DNA of 63,731 nt, the filler included, from Reticulomyxa filosa (taxonomy: Eukaryota; Protista; Foraminifera), in NCBI GenBank assembly GCA_000512085.1. It is 24 parts of 24 records of this genome, joined end to end, with 100 filler letters (N's around TTAATTAATTAA, not from the genome) between each part and the next. Parts side by side here need not be neighbours in the genome. Positions count along the whole stretch, not along the records: positions 1 to 5,036 come from ASPP01013493.1; positions 5,137 to 6,249 come from ASPP01008189.1; positions 6,350 to 11,194 come from ASPP01007730.1; positions 11,295 to 12,978 come from ASPP01003325.1; positions 13,079 to 14,503 come from ASPP01047445.1; 19 more parts are not named here. One strand, 5' to 3'. Every line of letters starts with the position of its first letter. The first letter of the stretch is position 1. This document shows positions 1 to 13,302 of the stretch, piece after piece. Made by a program: the position numbers and the translations under genes. The notes under the pieces are model-generated. The model made no database searches, was not told the origin of the DNA, and worked only from the letters and a program-made list of their open reading frames with translations.

Positions 1-3000
1 GGCCATACATAGCTTATAATCAAAAATTCAAATATTAAAATTCAGAAATTTGTGATAGAAGTTTAATTGAATAGAAAGATATCATCTGGAGACTTGGAAA
101 TATTAAGATTATTATTCCAAAAAGACAGACATTTTTTGAGCAAAAAATTTGAGGCAAGTGTCAATACTTGCAATCGAATATGCCACCACTTGGCGTTGTT
201 GGAACTTTGCTGCACCGCAACCACAACAGCCACTTTCCAATTGCTCGACAGACAGTTATTGGATTCTTTGGAACACTATGTTATATACATGTGTATTGAT
301 CATACGTGTTTCAAGTGTTTTTCAATCACATTATAAAAAAAAGATTATAACTTGGAAACACAGGTTGCGCAGTTCACTATCTTCAATCAATCATGAGCAC
401 ATTTACACGGATATGGACCACCAATTTTTTTCCCCCAAATTATACGTTATCCAAAGTACAATATGATGATTTATAATTGATGTATGTCATTGTAATTACT
501 ATTACTATTTTTGCTGAGGATTCACTTCAGCACCAATAGCAATGTTAACAGCGACAGCTTGTCTATCTCCATTTGCACGTCTTTAAAGATCTATTCAAAA
601 AGTTCAAGCAACATTATACGTCAAATATATAAAGAAATAATAAATATACATTATAAAGATGTTATATATGAAATATGTACACTAAAAAAACTTTTTCAAG
701 CATGGACCCAAGCACAAATTATAGCATCATGAAAGGAAAGAGACAGGCGCACATATTACCAACAAAATAACTTAGTTCTTGTGTCGGAACGTGCGCATGT
801 TGAATTCAATAATAATGTTCCCCATTATTTGAAACAATTGAACTGATTTGGGGGAAACTTGTATCATTGAAAGGCTCTTTTCTCTTAGAGCTACCATTTT
901 TTTTTTTAAGTGGCGGTCTTGTCGATGGCAGACCCTTCCACTTTTCGAGTTCGAGTGATTTGGTTTTTGATAATCGAAAAATTCGTTCATATCCACAGCG
1001 GCGACTTCTTTGAGAGAGTAGAGAGAGAGGGGCCCGACTGCTGATACAAAATATTGCTTACGTATTCACTCAGCGCCATCAACACATTGCCAATATCCAA
1101 GCTTTGTTTTCACTTGTCAAATAATGGAGCGACTTTTGAATAGTTGATCCAATTATCGATTGGCGTGACGTTGTTGCTTTTTGCAATAAATGGCGCAACA
1201 GCACTAACTTTTTCCCACGCACACCAAGCAGAGGCACCCAAACGTTGGTGTACACAACACCAGTCCAATGTCCTGAAATAATTGACAGATTAATAGAGGA
1301 GAACATGGACTATATTTCATCGTTGTCATCATCGTTGGTACTGCTTTTGATATTGTCACACCTATCCAGTAACTTCCATTGAGGGGGAGGGGGGCGCATT
1401 ATGTGAAATTGGTTCATGTTTAAAAAATGCGCAAAGTCGCCATTTGTGTGCATACAAACGATATTTTCTTTTCTTTTTAAAACAAATCCAACGATGGTAT
1501 GGCTTTGGAGTAATCTTTTTCTTTTTCTTTTTCTTTTTCTTTTTCTTTATAATCAAATCTCCTCATCATCTTTTTCTTCTTGTTTGCTGATGGCCTATAA
1601 CTTGAGTTTCACAAAACTCATCTACCAACTTGGAGCCACAGCATCGGAAGAATAGTTCCATGTAAGAGTGGCTTACGCGATCGCCGTATGTGATTGTCTT
1701 CTATAACGCCATCATCCACATCCTTATTTATCTTCTATTTGTTCCATTTCTTCGAACAATCCAGTCGCTGCTGCTGTTTCGATACCGCAATGTCTATATC
1801 GTCTTTTTTTTTTTTATTTCGCGGTATTTTCACGCTTTTTTCTTTCTGGATTTTGGTGCTGCCCGACTATGAACGAAAGCAAACCTACCAAGAAAAAAGA
1901 TTGTCCTTGATTGAACTGGGATAACTATTTCAATGCCATCATATGATGAATATTTTCAAAATGCGATATTCATCCACTATTGCCGCCGTTATGATGGTGG
2001 ACACATATATTGGTGTTGGATTACGGCCAATATTAAAAATTTCTGCATCCATCACCATGATTGTCCATTCGATAATATTTGGCTTGGCGATCCAATGATG
2101 GAGGGAGAGTGCAATTCGTATTTCTTCTTCATTATTGAATGTATTCGTTCTGAGTGTAACGATCCAACGATTTTTTTATCACTATCCAATTCACAATTTA
2201 AAATTCACGTCGGCCTGAATTCAACTTAAGAAAATACAAATCGGCTATCTTTACTTCATTTTTCTTCAAGTGCTGGGGGATAATGCAACGAATACAAAGT
2301 ATTGTGTCGCATCCAACACGTCATTTGTAATCAATAGTCGAGCCAGGGGACTGCCGAACAAGCGCCAAACAACGCAATGCACGAGACTTTCGCAGTGATG
2401 AGCCCAGAAAATGCAACTAGCTTTCTTTCTCTTTTTATTAGTCACAGACAATCAATACTTATGTCAATCGCAAGCTCATCATTACTCACATTAGCAGCGC
2501 ACGTACTATTCGGAATCCAAAGTTGCGACTGTGCGCACGCACACTACACGTTTTGACGCGAACAGTTGGTATCATTTCTATAACGACCTTGTTCATTGGA
2601 GCCAATAAATTGCAGTTCGACGCAGTCTGGAAACACAAAATCTACACTAGCGGTCGTGAAGAGCAAATAACCAAACTCAGAAAATCTGCCAGAATATTTT
2701 TTTTTTTTTTTAAATATTCTCTTTCTTATCTTCATCATCCTCCGCATCATCATTATCTTTTTCTTCTTGTTTGCCGACGTGTTGACGGAGTTTCGCAAAA
2801 CTCCTCCATTAAATTGAACCACTCTAATGGAACGATTCTCCTGATGTGGTAGTTTTTCTTGATAGTCATAGTGGGTATTTTTTAACGACTTCTTCGCTTT
2901 CCACTTTTTCTCTATCGCCGTTGCGACACCATAATGTTGGTGTCTATACTTTGCGAGTATTACAACATCTTTCTTTTTTTTCTTCTTGGTAGGCTTGCTT

Positions 3001-4250
3001 TCGTCATTTGGCGGCTAAGATCTCTATTCTTCGGTATTGATCTGATTGAGTTTGTATTTGAAAACATAATTGCCATTGTAATGAAAGACACAGCTTGATA
3101 GGGTATTTTCAATCTATCCAAAGTTTCAAGCGAAGAAGTTAGTACCATGACAATTTTTTTTCTTGGGAGTGTTTGTTGATTCTTTCGGCATATGCACGAT
3201 CCAAACTCCAAATTTGCGGATGTGCGCACGCATACAAAGTATCTATTATTATTATTATTTTTTGCGCTAATAACAATTCAGTGTTAATTGTTTTTTTGCG
3301 CAGGCAGATCAAAGTTCAGCATACTCTTTGGCGATGTGCAAGTCAGCAATTATTTGCAGAGACTTGCATGCTGATCGCGAGCAAATTCTTTACAATTCTT
3401 CGGGTTGCCAACGATATAATTTCCACTCGTTCTGCGCTTTTCACTGGAGCACGCTATGGTAAGTTAGTTCACGCCCTCGAGTGGCGACTTTGCGCGTTTC
3501 CAGACGTAAAGGATAATTTTCATAACTAAGCTCAAAGAGCTGCCGGACGTATTGTCTTTTAAAAAAACAAATCAATGCAATATAACTTCTGGATTTTTTT
3601 ACTATCTTTAGCCTCCTCTTCTTCATAATCTTCATCTTCTTGCTGGCAGGTGTCTTGATTTAGTTTCGCCAACTCCTCCACCACTTTGTACGATATTTCT
3701 ACTTTTTTTTCTTGGCAGCACCAACGACTCCTTCTATCAGCACATACACAATAAAGTTGTGAATGTGCACAACACATAACTATTTTCTATTGTTTCAATT
3801 CATTAATTAACTTAGAGGTATTTTCATAACGAACAATTTTTACTTGTTTTTTGGCATGTTAGATCGCATTTCGACGTCGTTTTTGATGATCAAAACAATA
3901 ATTATTTGACATACTTGTATGCGCAGACGTTGTTGGAGAGCGAGTTTTTCAAATGTTTCTATTTTGCCACACTCGTTTTGCACTTTCATTGGCGCTCGCA
4001 ATGTGAAGGTAGCACACGCATGTGATTGACGACTTTGATACTAAAACAAAAGTTGCGCATACGCGCACGTACACGATATGATAGACAAGTCTCCACCATT
4101 CGATTTTTCTTCCACTTACTAAAACTGGAGCAAATTCCACATTGTCAAGTTTTACTTGATATTCCATTACGATCTGCTTGCACCGACGATTCCATTTGGC
4201 ACTTTGCCACCATACAAGCCGCTGTCGTTGTTGTGGCTATTCTTCTTTTT
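1..4250 (-). pseudogene. Degenerate repeat-family pseudogene with three internal tandem units; product unknown
   Basis: No long ORF. Related minus-strand peptide remnants recur at ~1500-1650, ~2700-2830 and ~3560-3700 ((M/V)EE(F/L)AKL...QEE.D.E pattern, frameshifted). Positions ~130-2230 are homologous to the reverse complement of 38418-40260. Confidence 0.65.
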
Positions 4251-4637
4251 CTTCAAAATTCTTCTTATTTTTCTTATTAATAATTTTAATCTACTTTTTC
4301 CTTTTAATTTTTTGCTCTTTTTTTTATCTTTTTATCTTTTTTTTGCATTGTCATTTTTTTTTTTTAACATTTTTTTCATTTTTTTAATTTTATCATTCTT
4401 TTTTAATTTTTTCTTCTTCTTAAATAAAAATTTTTTCAAACTTTTTTCCTTCTTTTTTTCCACAATCTTTTTTTTCAATTCATTTTTTCCCCAACCTTTT
4501 TTCTCTTCATTTTTTCCCCAAACCTTTTTCTTCTTCATTTTTCCCCAACTATTTTTTATCTTCATTTTTTCTCCCAACATATTTTCCCTATCCCTATCAC
4601 TAAATAAAAAATAAAAAAATAAAAAATAAAAAATTTT

Positions 4638-4995
4638 CAAATTGGTTGATCTTGACTCCTATCAACATTCACAAAGAGTAAACAATTTTTCATTTTTTTT
4701 TAAAGAAAAAACAAATAAACAAAACTTGGCTTCCGAGCTAAAAGCTCCAATTCCATTCTTACTATAATTTTTTTTTCTTTTGCACGGGGATGGGGATGAT
4801 GAGGACAAACATTTACTTTTTATTGATGGGGGCATGCCTATTCACAATAACACGTATAATTTTTATTAAAAAATAAAATAAAATAAAATAATAAACCTTT
4901 TAGTTTTTGTTTGCACACGGGGTTGGCTTCGACCCCGAAGTTTTTCTTTGGAGGGTACGTATAATTTTTTTTTGGACAGATGGCTTTGGCTGTTA
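4638..4995 (-). CDS. Possible 3' end of a multi-exon gene of unknown function
   Basis: Four short GT-AG-bounded segments splice in frame: NSQSHLSKKKLYVPSKEKLRGRSQPRVQTKTKR / HAPINK / KNGIGAFSSEA / SQDQPI*. No recognisable domain. Confidence 0.35.
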
Positions 4996-5036
4996 CTGCA
5001 AAACACATACATTAGTTATATCAAAAAAAAAAAAAA

Positions 5037-5136
5037 NNNNNNNNNNNNNNNNNNNNNNNNNNNNNNNNNNNNNNNNNNNNTTAATTAATTAANNNNNNNN
5101 NNNNNNNNNNNNNNNNNNNNNNNNNNNNNNNNNNNN
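5037..5136. other. Artificial contig-joining linker (first of 23 identical copies)
   Basis: 44 N + TTAATTAATTAA (stops in all six frames) + 44 N. Copies start at 5037, 6250, 11195, 12979, 14504, 16728, 22579, 27120, 28342, 32561, 33671, 35021, 37218, 38318, 40381, 42050, 43286, 48995, 54250, 57254, 59643, 60931 and 62226. Confidence 0.99.
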
Positions 5137-5646
5137 AAGCGTTGCAGCATTTCTTCAACCGTGGGAGCATCTTTTCTCCAAAAATTTGACCCAAAAAAAA
5201 ATAATATATATATATACATATACATATATATATATGTATAAGTTTTAAAAACAACAACAACAACAAATAGAAATAACCGGTGGGACTGTCCAAAAAAGCA
5301 AGTGCATATTTGATAAAGTCTTGAACTTTTGAAGACAACTGTTGCTCTTCCATAAGTCGGACAAACGACTTTTCTTCCAACTGATCTCGATCCAACTTAG
5401 ATTCGCTGTTATTATTATTGTTATTAGTCGTAATTGCTTTGTTTGTTGCATCGACAACAGAGCTGTTGCCGTGCGTTGGATTGGACGAGTTTGAACACTT
5501 TTGCAAAATCACTTGCATGAATTTCATTAGCTGTCTTTTCTCGCTTATGCTCAGCTCTTTGCTGGCAAGCACTTCACCTTTGGATAAGGGCACCTGGATT
5601 ATTTTATTCGCAATTATGTAGCATACAACAAAGAATTCACACATTC

Positions 5647-5691
<45 letters not shown>

Positions 5692-6199
5692 TATATGTTT
5701 GTAACTTTGGAGGCATTGACTCCATCAAAATACACAAAATGATTAATAATTCCTCGGAACTCGACATAACGTGACACCTCGGACCTCACTAAAATGTCGA
5801 TAAAAGACTCATTGGAATAAATGACATTTGGAATTAAATCGACCAAAATTTGTCGATATTTGTTTTCGTAAATGGTCAGCACTTGTTGCAAGTGTTCCAA
5901 ATATTGGATTTCTTCAACATCTTCTTTTTCTTTTTCTGTATTATCTTCTTCTTCTTCTTCTTCTTCTCTTTTCTTTTCATCTTCATTGTCATTCCCATTG
6001 TCCCTCTTATATTCATTCACATACTTATTGTTATTGTTATTGTTATCATCATTGCCATTGTCTCTCTTGCACATCAGGTATTGAACCAACTCACTAGCTC
6101 TATCCTCGTATTCAAAGTTACCATACAAATTTTGCTCTGACTTTGAGTCACTCAAATATTTTATTGGAATAAATTGGGCCTCATTGTCGCCAACCAAAC
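5137..6199 (-). CDS. Rab escort protein (REP/CHM, GDI superfamily), internal fragment
   Basis: VDLIPNVIYSNESFIDILVRSEVSRYVEFR and VPLSKGEVLASKELSISEKRQLMKF match REP1 conserved blocks. Exons ~6199-5706 and 5593-~5279 have GT-AG boundaries. Confidence 0.88.
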
Positions 6200-6349
6200 C
6201 TTTGTCATTATCATTATTATTATATCTTTATTTTAAAAAAAAAAAAAAANNNNNNNNNNNNNNNNNNNNNNNNNNNNNNNNNNNNNNNNNNNNTTAATTA
6301 ATTAANNNNNNNNNNNNNNNNNNNNNNNNNNNNNNNNNNNNNNNNNNNN

Positions 6350-8786
6350 GGGGAAAACACCAACGACGACAAACTGCAGAAAAAGAACTGCGAGCGTTTC
6401 TGCAGCAACGAGTCGTACCAGTGACCCAAGTGATGTGTTTTTTTTTGTTTGTTTGTTTGTTTTTTGAATGACTTACAAAACATTAATAAATAAATTAAAA
6501 AAATAAATAAATACATAAAACATATCCACGGATGTCGTGATCGAATATTGATATCACTGTCAATAACAATGTCAAATATCAAATGTCAAATGTCAATGGA
6601 TAAATTACTCAGTTACAACCCATGTTTGTAATTCCCACGCAAATGTCTGTGCCCCCTGGGCCGGAGGAAGATCTGGAAAGCGTGCTTTTGTTGCAGACGG
6701 AATACACAATGTTGCCGGCACCTTTCCCGATGGCGCCGAGTATTCGCGAACAACAGCGACAACAACAACAACAACAACAAGGCACTGCGCAATTCAATTC
6801 CAACAAAGCCTTGTCTGCGCCCGAGGACCCGACAAAAAAACGATACAGCGAAAGTGGACTGCCGCCGCGACCACAAGACGACGATGACGAAGAAGATTCA
6901 CAGATTCAAATGCAATCGCACGCACAATCGCAACATGCTAATCCAAATACTCTGCCTCTTAAAAATCGCACAAAAAAGCATTCGCGAGAGAAGTCCAATA
7001 TTGGATTGCTTGGGACGGTGTATGATGTCGACGGTGGCGAGAACGAAGAAACAAGTAACCAAGTAGGGCTTGTTCCTGGTATTTTGACCGAAGCAAGTCT
7101 AAGTGGAGATTTGTACGCGCCGCTGGTTGAACGGCTGCGATTGGAGAAGATCACTGTTGAGTTGCAAAAAGGGCTACGTCTTAGCCAAACACATCTCACA
7201 TCCGAACAGCAAGAAGTATTTGCTGAACTCCTCAAAGAGTATCAATTGGTACGAAGAGAATTCTTATCTACTATGGCGATCTTACAGTTTTATTTTTTTT
7301 TTTTCCCTCCTTCCCCCCCCCCCCCCCCTCCTCCTCCCTATGTCTTGTTTAACTTTTGAATACAAAGCAAAAAAAATAAAATAAAAATACGTATACATCT
7401 TTTTACACATTATGGTATTTTAAAATGCTTAGACACGAAAAAAAGAACTGTGCACGAAATTGGTGGAAAGTGAGAGAGAGGAAAAAAATGCGATTGAGTT
7501 CCTACAACAGATATCTTCTAATCATGCCTCTTTGGAAAATCGCATTCGTCCGCAAATGAAACAACTATTGTACCAACAGACGAGATTGGAATACTTTCTC
7601 AACTGTAAATTGGAACAGTTATCAGAAAGACAACTCAACGGCATGATGAATGATTTATCCTATTATCAGAAATATATCAAAGAGTTAAATCAAACTTTAC
7701 AAGCTATGAACACTGTGCGAAGCAAGTGTGAAACGTCCATTCGCCAGTGTTTGCAGACCAGAGTTTCTTATGAAACTGCCATCCGTCAAAACCGTGATAA
7801 AACTGAACAGCTTCAACAAAAGATGCAAACTCAAATGAACCAATTTGTTTCAGAGATCAAAAAACTGCTTCCAGAAACGAAAGTATGGTCGGATAAGGAA
7901 AAAAAAAAAAAAAAGGATTTCGTCAAAAACTCTATTGGTGAACAATTCAACTGGCTAAATGTTTTTGTTTGATCTTTTTTATTTATTGTATAGAATATAT
8001 TAAGTGATTTTGAAAAATCAACAGTGGCGAAAAGTGGGGATTCCTTGGTGAATGTGTTAAGCGCAGAAGACGAAAGACTAACCCACGAGTTTGGATTGTT
8101 GGCATTTCGTTTGTCCACTATTCCTACCTTTGATTATGTAAATCGCTTAACTGAGATATTCCAACTTTCGTATATATATCAACACGACAAGTTGAAGGAA
8201 TTCTTCCAGTATTTTGTCCGCTTCGCGATTCAAACTTTCATTGAATTATCGTATGCGCATTCTTGCTTTGTCGAAAACAATCAAAAAGTTTTGTAAGTGA
8301 ATGAATATGGAAAACCTAAAAAAATATACATTTTTTGTGTGCTTGGACAAACAACAGGCAATAACAGAACAATTACCACGGATGGAAACAATAAAGTATA
8401 TTGCAGAATTGACACATAATCAATCGAAAAATAATCAATCAGGATTGCAAAAAGAATTGGCTATAATTCAACAATACTTGGAGAAGCTACCTGATAGAGA
8501 TGCCGTTGTGGGCCAAGTTGGCAGGCATCTCACTGCTGATGTCACCGTCGCTGCTCAAATTAATGCTGCTCAAGAATTACAAATACCTATTCTGGCCAAA
8601 CAACGGGTCAAAGACTGGATTGCTGCGATTGTTGGAGGCTTTGATAAGCAAACTAAAAATGGTAAAGACGAAAAGAGCGCAAGTAAACTGTTACAAAATA
8701 CTAATGATGATACAATGGCACATATCGATGTAAATCGTGCCACAGGCATTGTCTTAAATCAGGTGTTTGGGATCAGTGCCATATGA
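6350..8786 (+). CDS. Multi-exon coiled-coil protein of unknown function, 5'-truncated
   Basis: Successive long ORFs (6622-7359, 7460-7972, 8024-8296, 8301-8786) separated by T/A-rich intron-like gaps. Poly-Q tract and heptad-rich helical segments; stop at 8786. Confidence 0.75.
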
Positions 8787-9405
8787 AGAAATCGAAACGA
8801 CTCAATGATTTTTTCCTTGAAATCATTTGTTTGTATTTTTTTATGTTGATCTTTTTGGTTGCAGAATTTGTTGATTACATGTTTGGATGTGTTTGTAAAT
8901 GTATGTATGACTTTCGCACAAACTGACCAACCCCAAAATACACAAAATTACTGTCCAAAGTAATCGTAAGGTCAGTTTACTGCAGTGTCAATTTTTTCTG
9001 TTCAGTCATAAAAATTATTTTGATACGTGGATCACACGATTCAATATACCGGATTTAATACAACAAAAAAAATGAAGAACATGAACCCAATTTTAAACTA
9101 TTTTTTCAGCACAAAAATATAATAAATGGAATAGTAGCGGATAAACGTTGAAGAAAATTCTTAGAGTTCACTATCATCCATCTATTTTATTTTCCGGTTT
9201 GCAAAAAGTTAAAGATGGAATTATTGGTCAAAAAAGAAAGAAGTACATTATTTTATGCCAAAATAATGAGATACGTAATGCAGAGTGAGCATTTATTGAT
9301 CACACAAATATCTTTCAGCTTTTTTTCCGATTCAATCAGAAAGTCGAACAGCAAACAAATGAACCAATCCACAAAAAAAGGGTAGAAAAAACACCAAAAA
9401 GCTCT

Positions 9406-9865
9406 TTAAAATTCTTTCCTAACAGCAAATTCACGTTGCGTAAATCGCAAAGGTGTTTCAATGGCATTAGCACAACATAGTCCTGTCATCAATAGTGGGA
9501 ACATCACTAATACCACCACCAAAACTCCAAATAATGAGTATTGCGTGAAACATGGTTCATGATCTGTATGTTTTTGTTTATTTTATTCGATGATTTTTCT
9601 CTTTGTCTTATATGAGATTGCTCATACCTGAGCCATTCTTGTTGCAGGTGTATTTTAAGCTGTAGGCGGTTGAATTGGTACTATTGCTTCCATTGCTTGC
9701 AAGAAGGGAACGAGACGCAATGAAATCAATATCATTGGAAACACTATCCTATTTGAAACAAAAAGAAGGAGAACTGCCAAACAGTTTTTATTGTGCGAAA
9801 ATTCGTTCACTTACTGCTTGTATCGCGACAAACAACACGAATAATAACAAAAGAAGTGTTCTCAT
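9406..9865 (-). CDS. 109-aa single-pass membrane protein, V-ATPase accessory subunit Ac45/VOA1-like C-terminus
   Basis: Exons 9865-9815, 9748-9628 and 9563-9406 (GTAAGT..TAG; GTATGA..CAG) splice in frame. Signal peptide MRTLLLLLFVLFVAIQA, N-glycosylation sequons (NGS, NST), TM helix, and tail GLCCANAIETPLRF..RKEF*. Confidence 0.8.
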
Positions 9866-10477
9866 TTCAAATGGTCTTTCAATAAATGCAAGATTCCTTG
9901 GTAATGCTCCACGCTTTCAAATGAATTTTCTCTTCCCCAAAAGTTCAAACCCTTGCTCCTTTTTTCGTCGAAGACTCTAGTAAAAACGTAAAAGAAAATG
10001 AAAATCAAATATTATCATTCCAAAGATTTTTGTTTGTACCGTACGGTATTGTCATAAAAATACTGCAACAAAATAGTACTAGTTCCTAAATTATAATTCA
10101 TAAGCAAATTGTATATTGATATTTGAAACCAATATTTTTGTATTGTTGTCAAGCAAAATCCAATAGATAAAAAATTAGAAATTCTGAATGAAACGTGCAG
10201 CTTGAAGAATAAAAATAAACATGAATTTATTTATGACCTATAAAAAAAACAAAAACTAACAAACGAAAGTACGGAACAACTCTTTCGAAAAAACAAATCT
10301 TTTATCTTTTGAAAAAAATCATTGTTCGAATTGATTCGCAAGTCCAATATTCTATGTTATGGATGTGTATCCCTATTTTCTTTTCTTTATTCTAGGAGAT
10401 GATTCAAAAGTGAAAAGAAAGAAAAAGGGGAGTGAAAGTAACCTTTCTCCAACTGACATACCAAGAGAAGAAAAAAA

Positions 10478-11111
10478 TTAGTCGGACAGACTGAATCTTG
10501 TAAGCGATTGTCGCATAAAGACATACATTTGTGAGATACAGTCATCAAAAATGTGAAACAATTGCGGATAGTTTTCAACCTTTGACACGATAGAAACCAT
10601 TTCGATAACTCCAGATCGAGGTGAGCTGACTGAAGAAGATTCTCTGTAGTCATCGAGAAGCCATTTGAGTTTGTTTTGCATTAAGTCAGACAGTTTTTTC
10701 CTTTCAGCATATGCTAGGTTAATCTCATATCTATCGTATAAGCACAGATTGAAAAAAAAAAAAAAGGGAAAAGAAGAACACATGATTGACGACGAAAGGG
10801 GAGAAAAAAAAGGGTACATAATTAATAACATAACTCAGCACCAACCCGAACATATTTTTGAAAAAGATTGAACGCGACAATTTTGAAATACAGCCAATTG
10901 CGTGGAAAAGTCGCAAGCGTTGCATATTGGCGAATGCACTCCTCGATTTTGGAATTAATGCCTTGTTCATCAAACACTAACACCGATTTCGGCAAGTTCT
11001 CTGGCAACTGTGCGATCCGTTTGTTGATAGTTTCATTTTGCAATTCATTGACACAAATTTTTTTCATATAAAATTGGAACTGGCCCATTTCAATAAAGGA
11101 TAGTAATATTT
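10478..11111 (-). CDS. RGS-domain protein, C-terminal part
   Basis: Spliced LFQKYVRVGAE/YEINLAYAER...LFHIFDDCISQMYVFMRQSLTRF matches the RGS pattern (Y+..GA..EIN+...R...FD......+M..S..RF). Confidence 0.8.
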
Positions 11112-11150
11112 CTGTTGAGTATGTGTGTACGGTACATAGATTGCGAAAAG

Positions 11151-11194
<44 letters not shown>

Positions 11195-11694
11195 NNNNNN
11201 NNNNNNNNNNNNNNNNNNNNNNNNNNNNNNNNNNNNNNTTAATTAATTAANNNNNNNNNNNNNNNNNNNNNNNNNNNNNNNNNNNNNNNNNNNNATTTGT
11301 TTTTCTTTTTTATGTTTCGTTTTTAATAAAGAACATCACTTGTACATAACTATTTTCAAAAGAAGAAAATAACTCGGCCTCTAATTTGGTCAAAATAAAC
11401 TGTCTTTATCTGGCTGAGATTCACTACTTCAATTGAATCATTTTTACACTTCAAACGAAAATTGTTTGGATGATTGATTATCAATGAAAAAAAAAATTGG
11501 AAAATAATCATTGTGTTATTTTCTGATAAATCCCCATTTTTACTTCATCTATTATCACTTAATTTGAATTTTTTTCAAATATTTGTATTTAGAGAAAATA
11601 TATGTTCGTCTTTTACACAAAACTATTTAAAAAGGATTTTCAATGAAATAATAACCTTTTAAAACAAACAAAATAAAATCCTGTTAATAATATA

Positions 11695-12934
11695 CTATAT
11701 AAGCATTTTAGGAGTTGACATTGTAAAGATATGTTTATAAGTTCTCAAAGTTTGGATTGTTGGAGCAATGCTATCGTGATCAAAGGCAATGCATTGCTGA
11801 ATGGATCGACACACACTTTTTTGATGCCAAGCCACATGCTGACTTATATATTGCAACTCTGACCACACAGTGTCCATTGTGTCGTTGTGTGCAAAAGACA
11901 AGCGAAGCATTGTTTCAATGCCACGACCATTGAAATAAAAGATGGAGGGAGTGGTATTATATGTTGGAGTAAAGTATTGTACAATAACAGTTGCATAACC
12001 ATTACCACCGCAGACCACTTGATCCTTGGGATTGAGTTTACCAATGATCTGGAGGCCATAAGGATTGAAATAGGGTCTCTTTCCAGACAACAGCATGGAA
12101 ATCCAAAACGTTTCTTTATCTCCAACCATCTTTTCATACAAGTTACGTCTCCAACGCGTTTTTTGGTGCATATCTCGAAGTATATTCATTACATCTCTGT
12201 GTTGTCCCATGTTCATTACAATCGTGGCTGATTCCCCGACCCAATCTGTTTGAAGTATTTGCGGAATTTGTTGTAACCAATGTCGTCTTTGCTTTATTGC
12301 CAATTCGATCTCACTTGCATTCGTTCCATCTGAATACGTTATTATCATAATCATTAAAAAAGTAAATATATTAAATTTATTATTATATATATACATATAT
12401 ATATATATATAACTGGGAAAAAGTCTTGCAGTTGCATAAGGAATATATGTACGATTGAGAAAATCAATAAATCCTTGAAAGATATTCAATTGATCGCGAA
12501 AGAAGATATGTCCATGTTGTTGATAAGGTTCGGACATAAGCAAGTGAAAGGGATTTTGTTGAAAAATAACATCGTCGTCAATAAGCAATACGTGATCGGT
12601 GTGTGCATGCTGTGTCACTGTGGACAGGCACAAAGGTTTGCACGGAAAGCCTCGGAAAAAAGATAGTTCGGAGCGTACTTGATCTTGTACTTCGCGCGGA
12701 TATTGGCGGAGTTGTTGCAAATCATTGCCTACTTGGTTCCACTCACTCAAAATATTCACACTCAAATCTCTTATTGTCACATTCTCGAGCTGAGCTTCCA
12801 ACATAGATACTGTCTTTTCGCTTAGCTCTCGCACGTGGCATATCTCATAACGAATGTCGTAGCGTAACTTCACATCCCCCGTTACATACTGCTGTGCAAG
12901 ATGTCGAAATTGAGCAAATGCTAAACCGATATTT
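11695..12934 (-). CDS. GT71-family (MNN1/MNN2-like) alpha-mannosyltransferase, 5'-truncated
   Basis: KP motif, HVLLIDDDVIF..NP (DxD), GHIFFRD, ESATIV and GDKETFW motifs. 84-nt intron at 12413-12330. Confidence 0.85.
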
Positions 12935-13302
12935 CTGTATTTGTGTTTGTGTTATTTGTACATTTTTTTTTTTTTTTTNNNNNNNNNNNNNNNNNNNNNN
13001 NNNNNNNNNNNNNNNNNNNNNNTTAATTAATTAANNNNNNNNNNNNNNNNNNNNNNNNNNNNNNNNNNNNNNNNNNNNGGCATTTTAGGTGTTCAGTTTT
13101 TTTTGCAACATACTGTATAAAGCACTTAATAACTCAATGTGCAAAACCACAATCATTATATTATATCGCCAATGATCGCAATAAAAGCACGTGTGATCAG
13201 TATCAATATCATCTAGTGTGGAACATTTATATGTCATAAACACAAAGTATGTTTAAAGTTTTTTTTAAAAAGTTATTACAAATTTTTTAGTTTTATTATT
13301 AA

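Noticed and set aside
4156-4640. Phe-rich (+) and Lys-rich (-) ORFs
   Set aside because: Translation of low-complexity T/A tracts with no coding signature.
4918-4937. GC-rich hairpin CGGGGTTGGCTTCGACCCCG as an snRNA or terminator
   Set aside because: Isolated, and it falls inside a plausible minus-strand exon.
5081-5092. Recurrent TTAATTAATTAA as a repeat array, CRISPR or regulatory motif
   Set aside because: Always centred in exactly 44+44 N, so it is an artificial contig spacer. ORFs running through it are artefacts.
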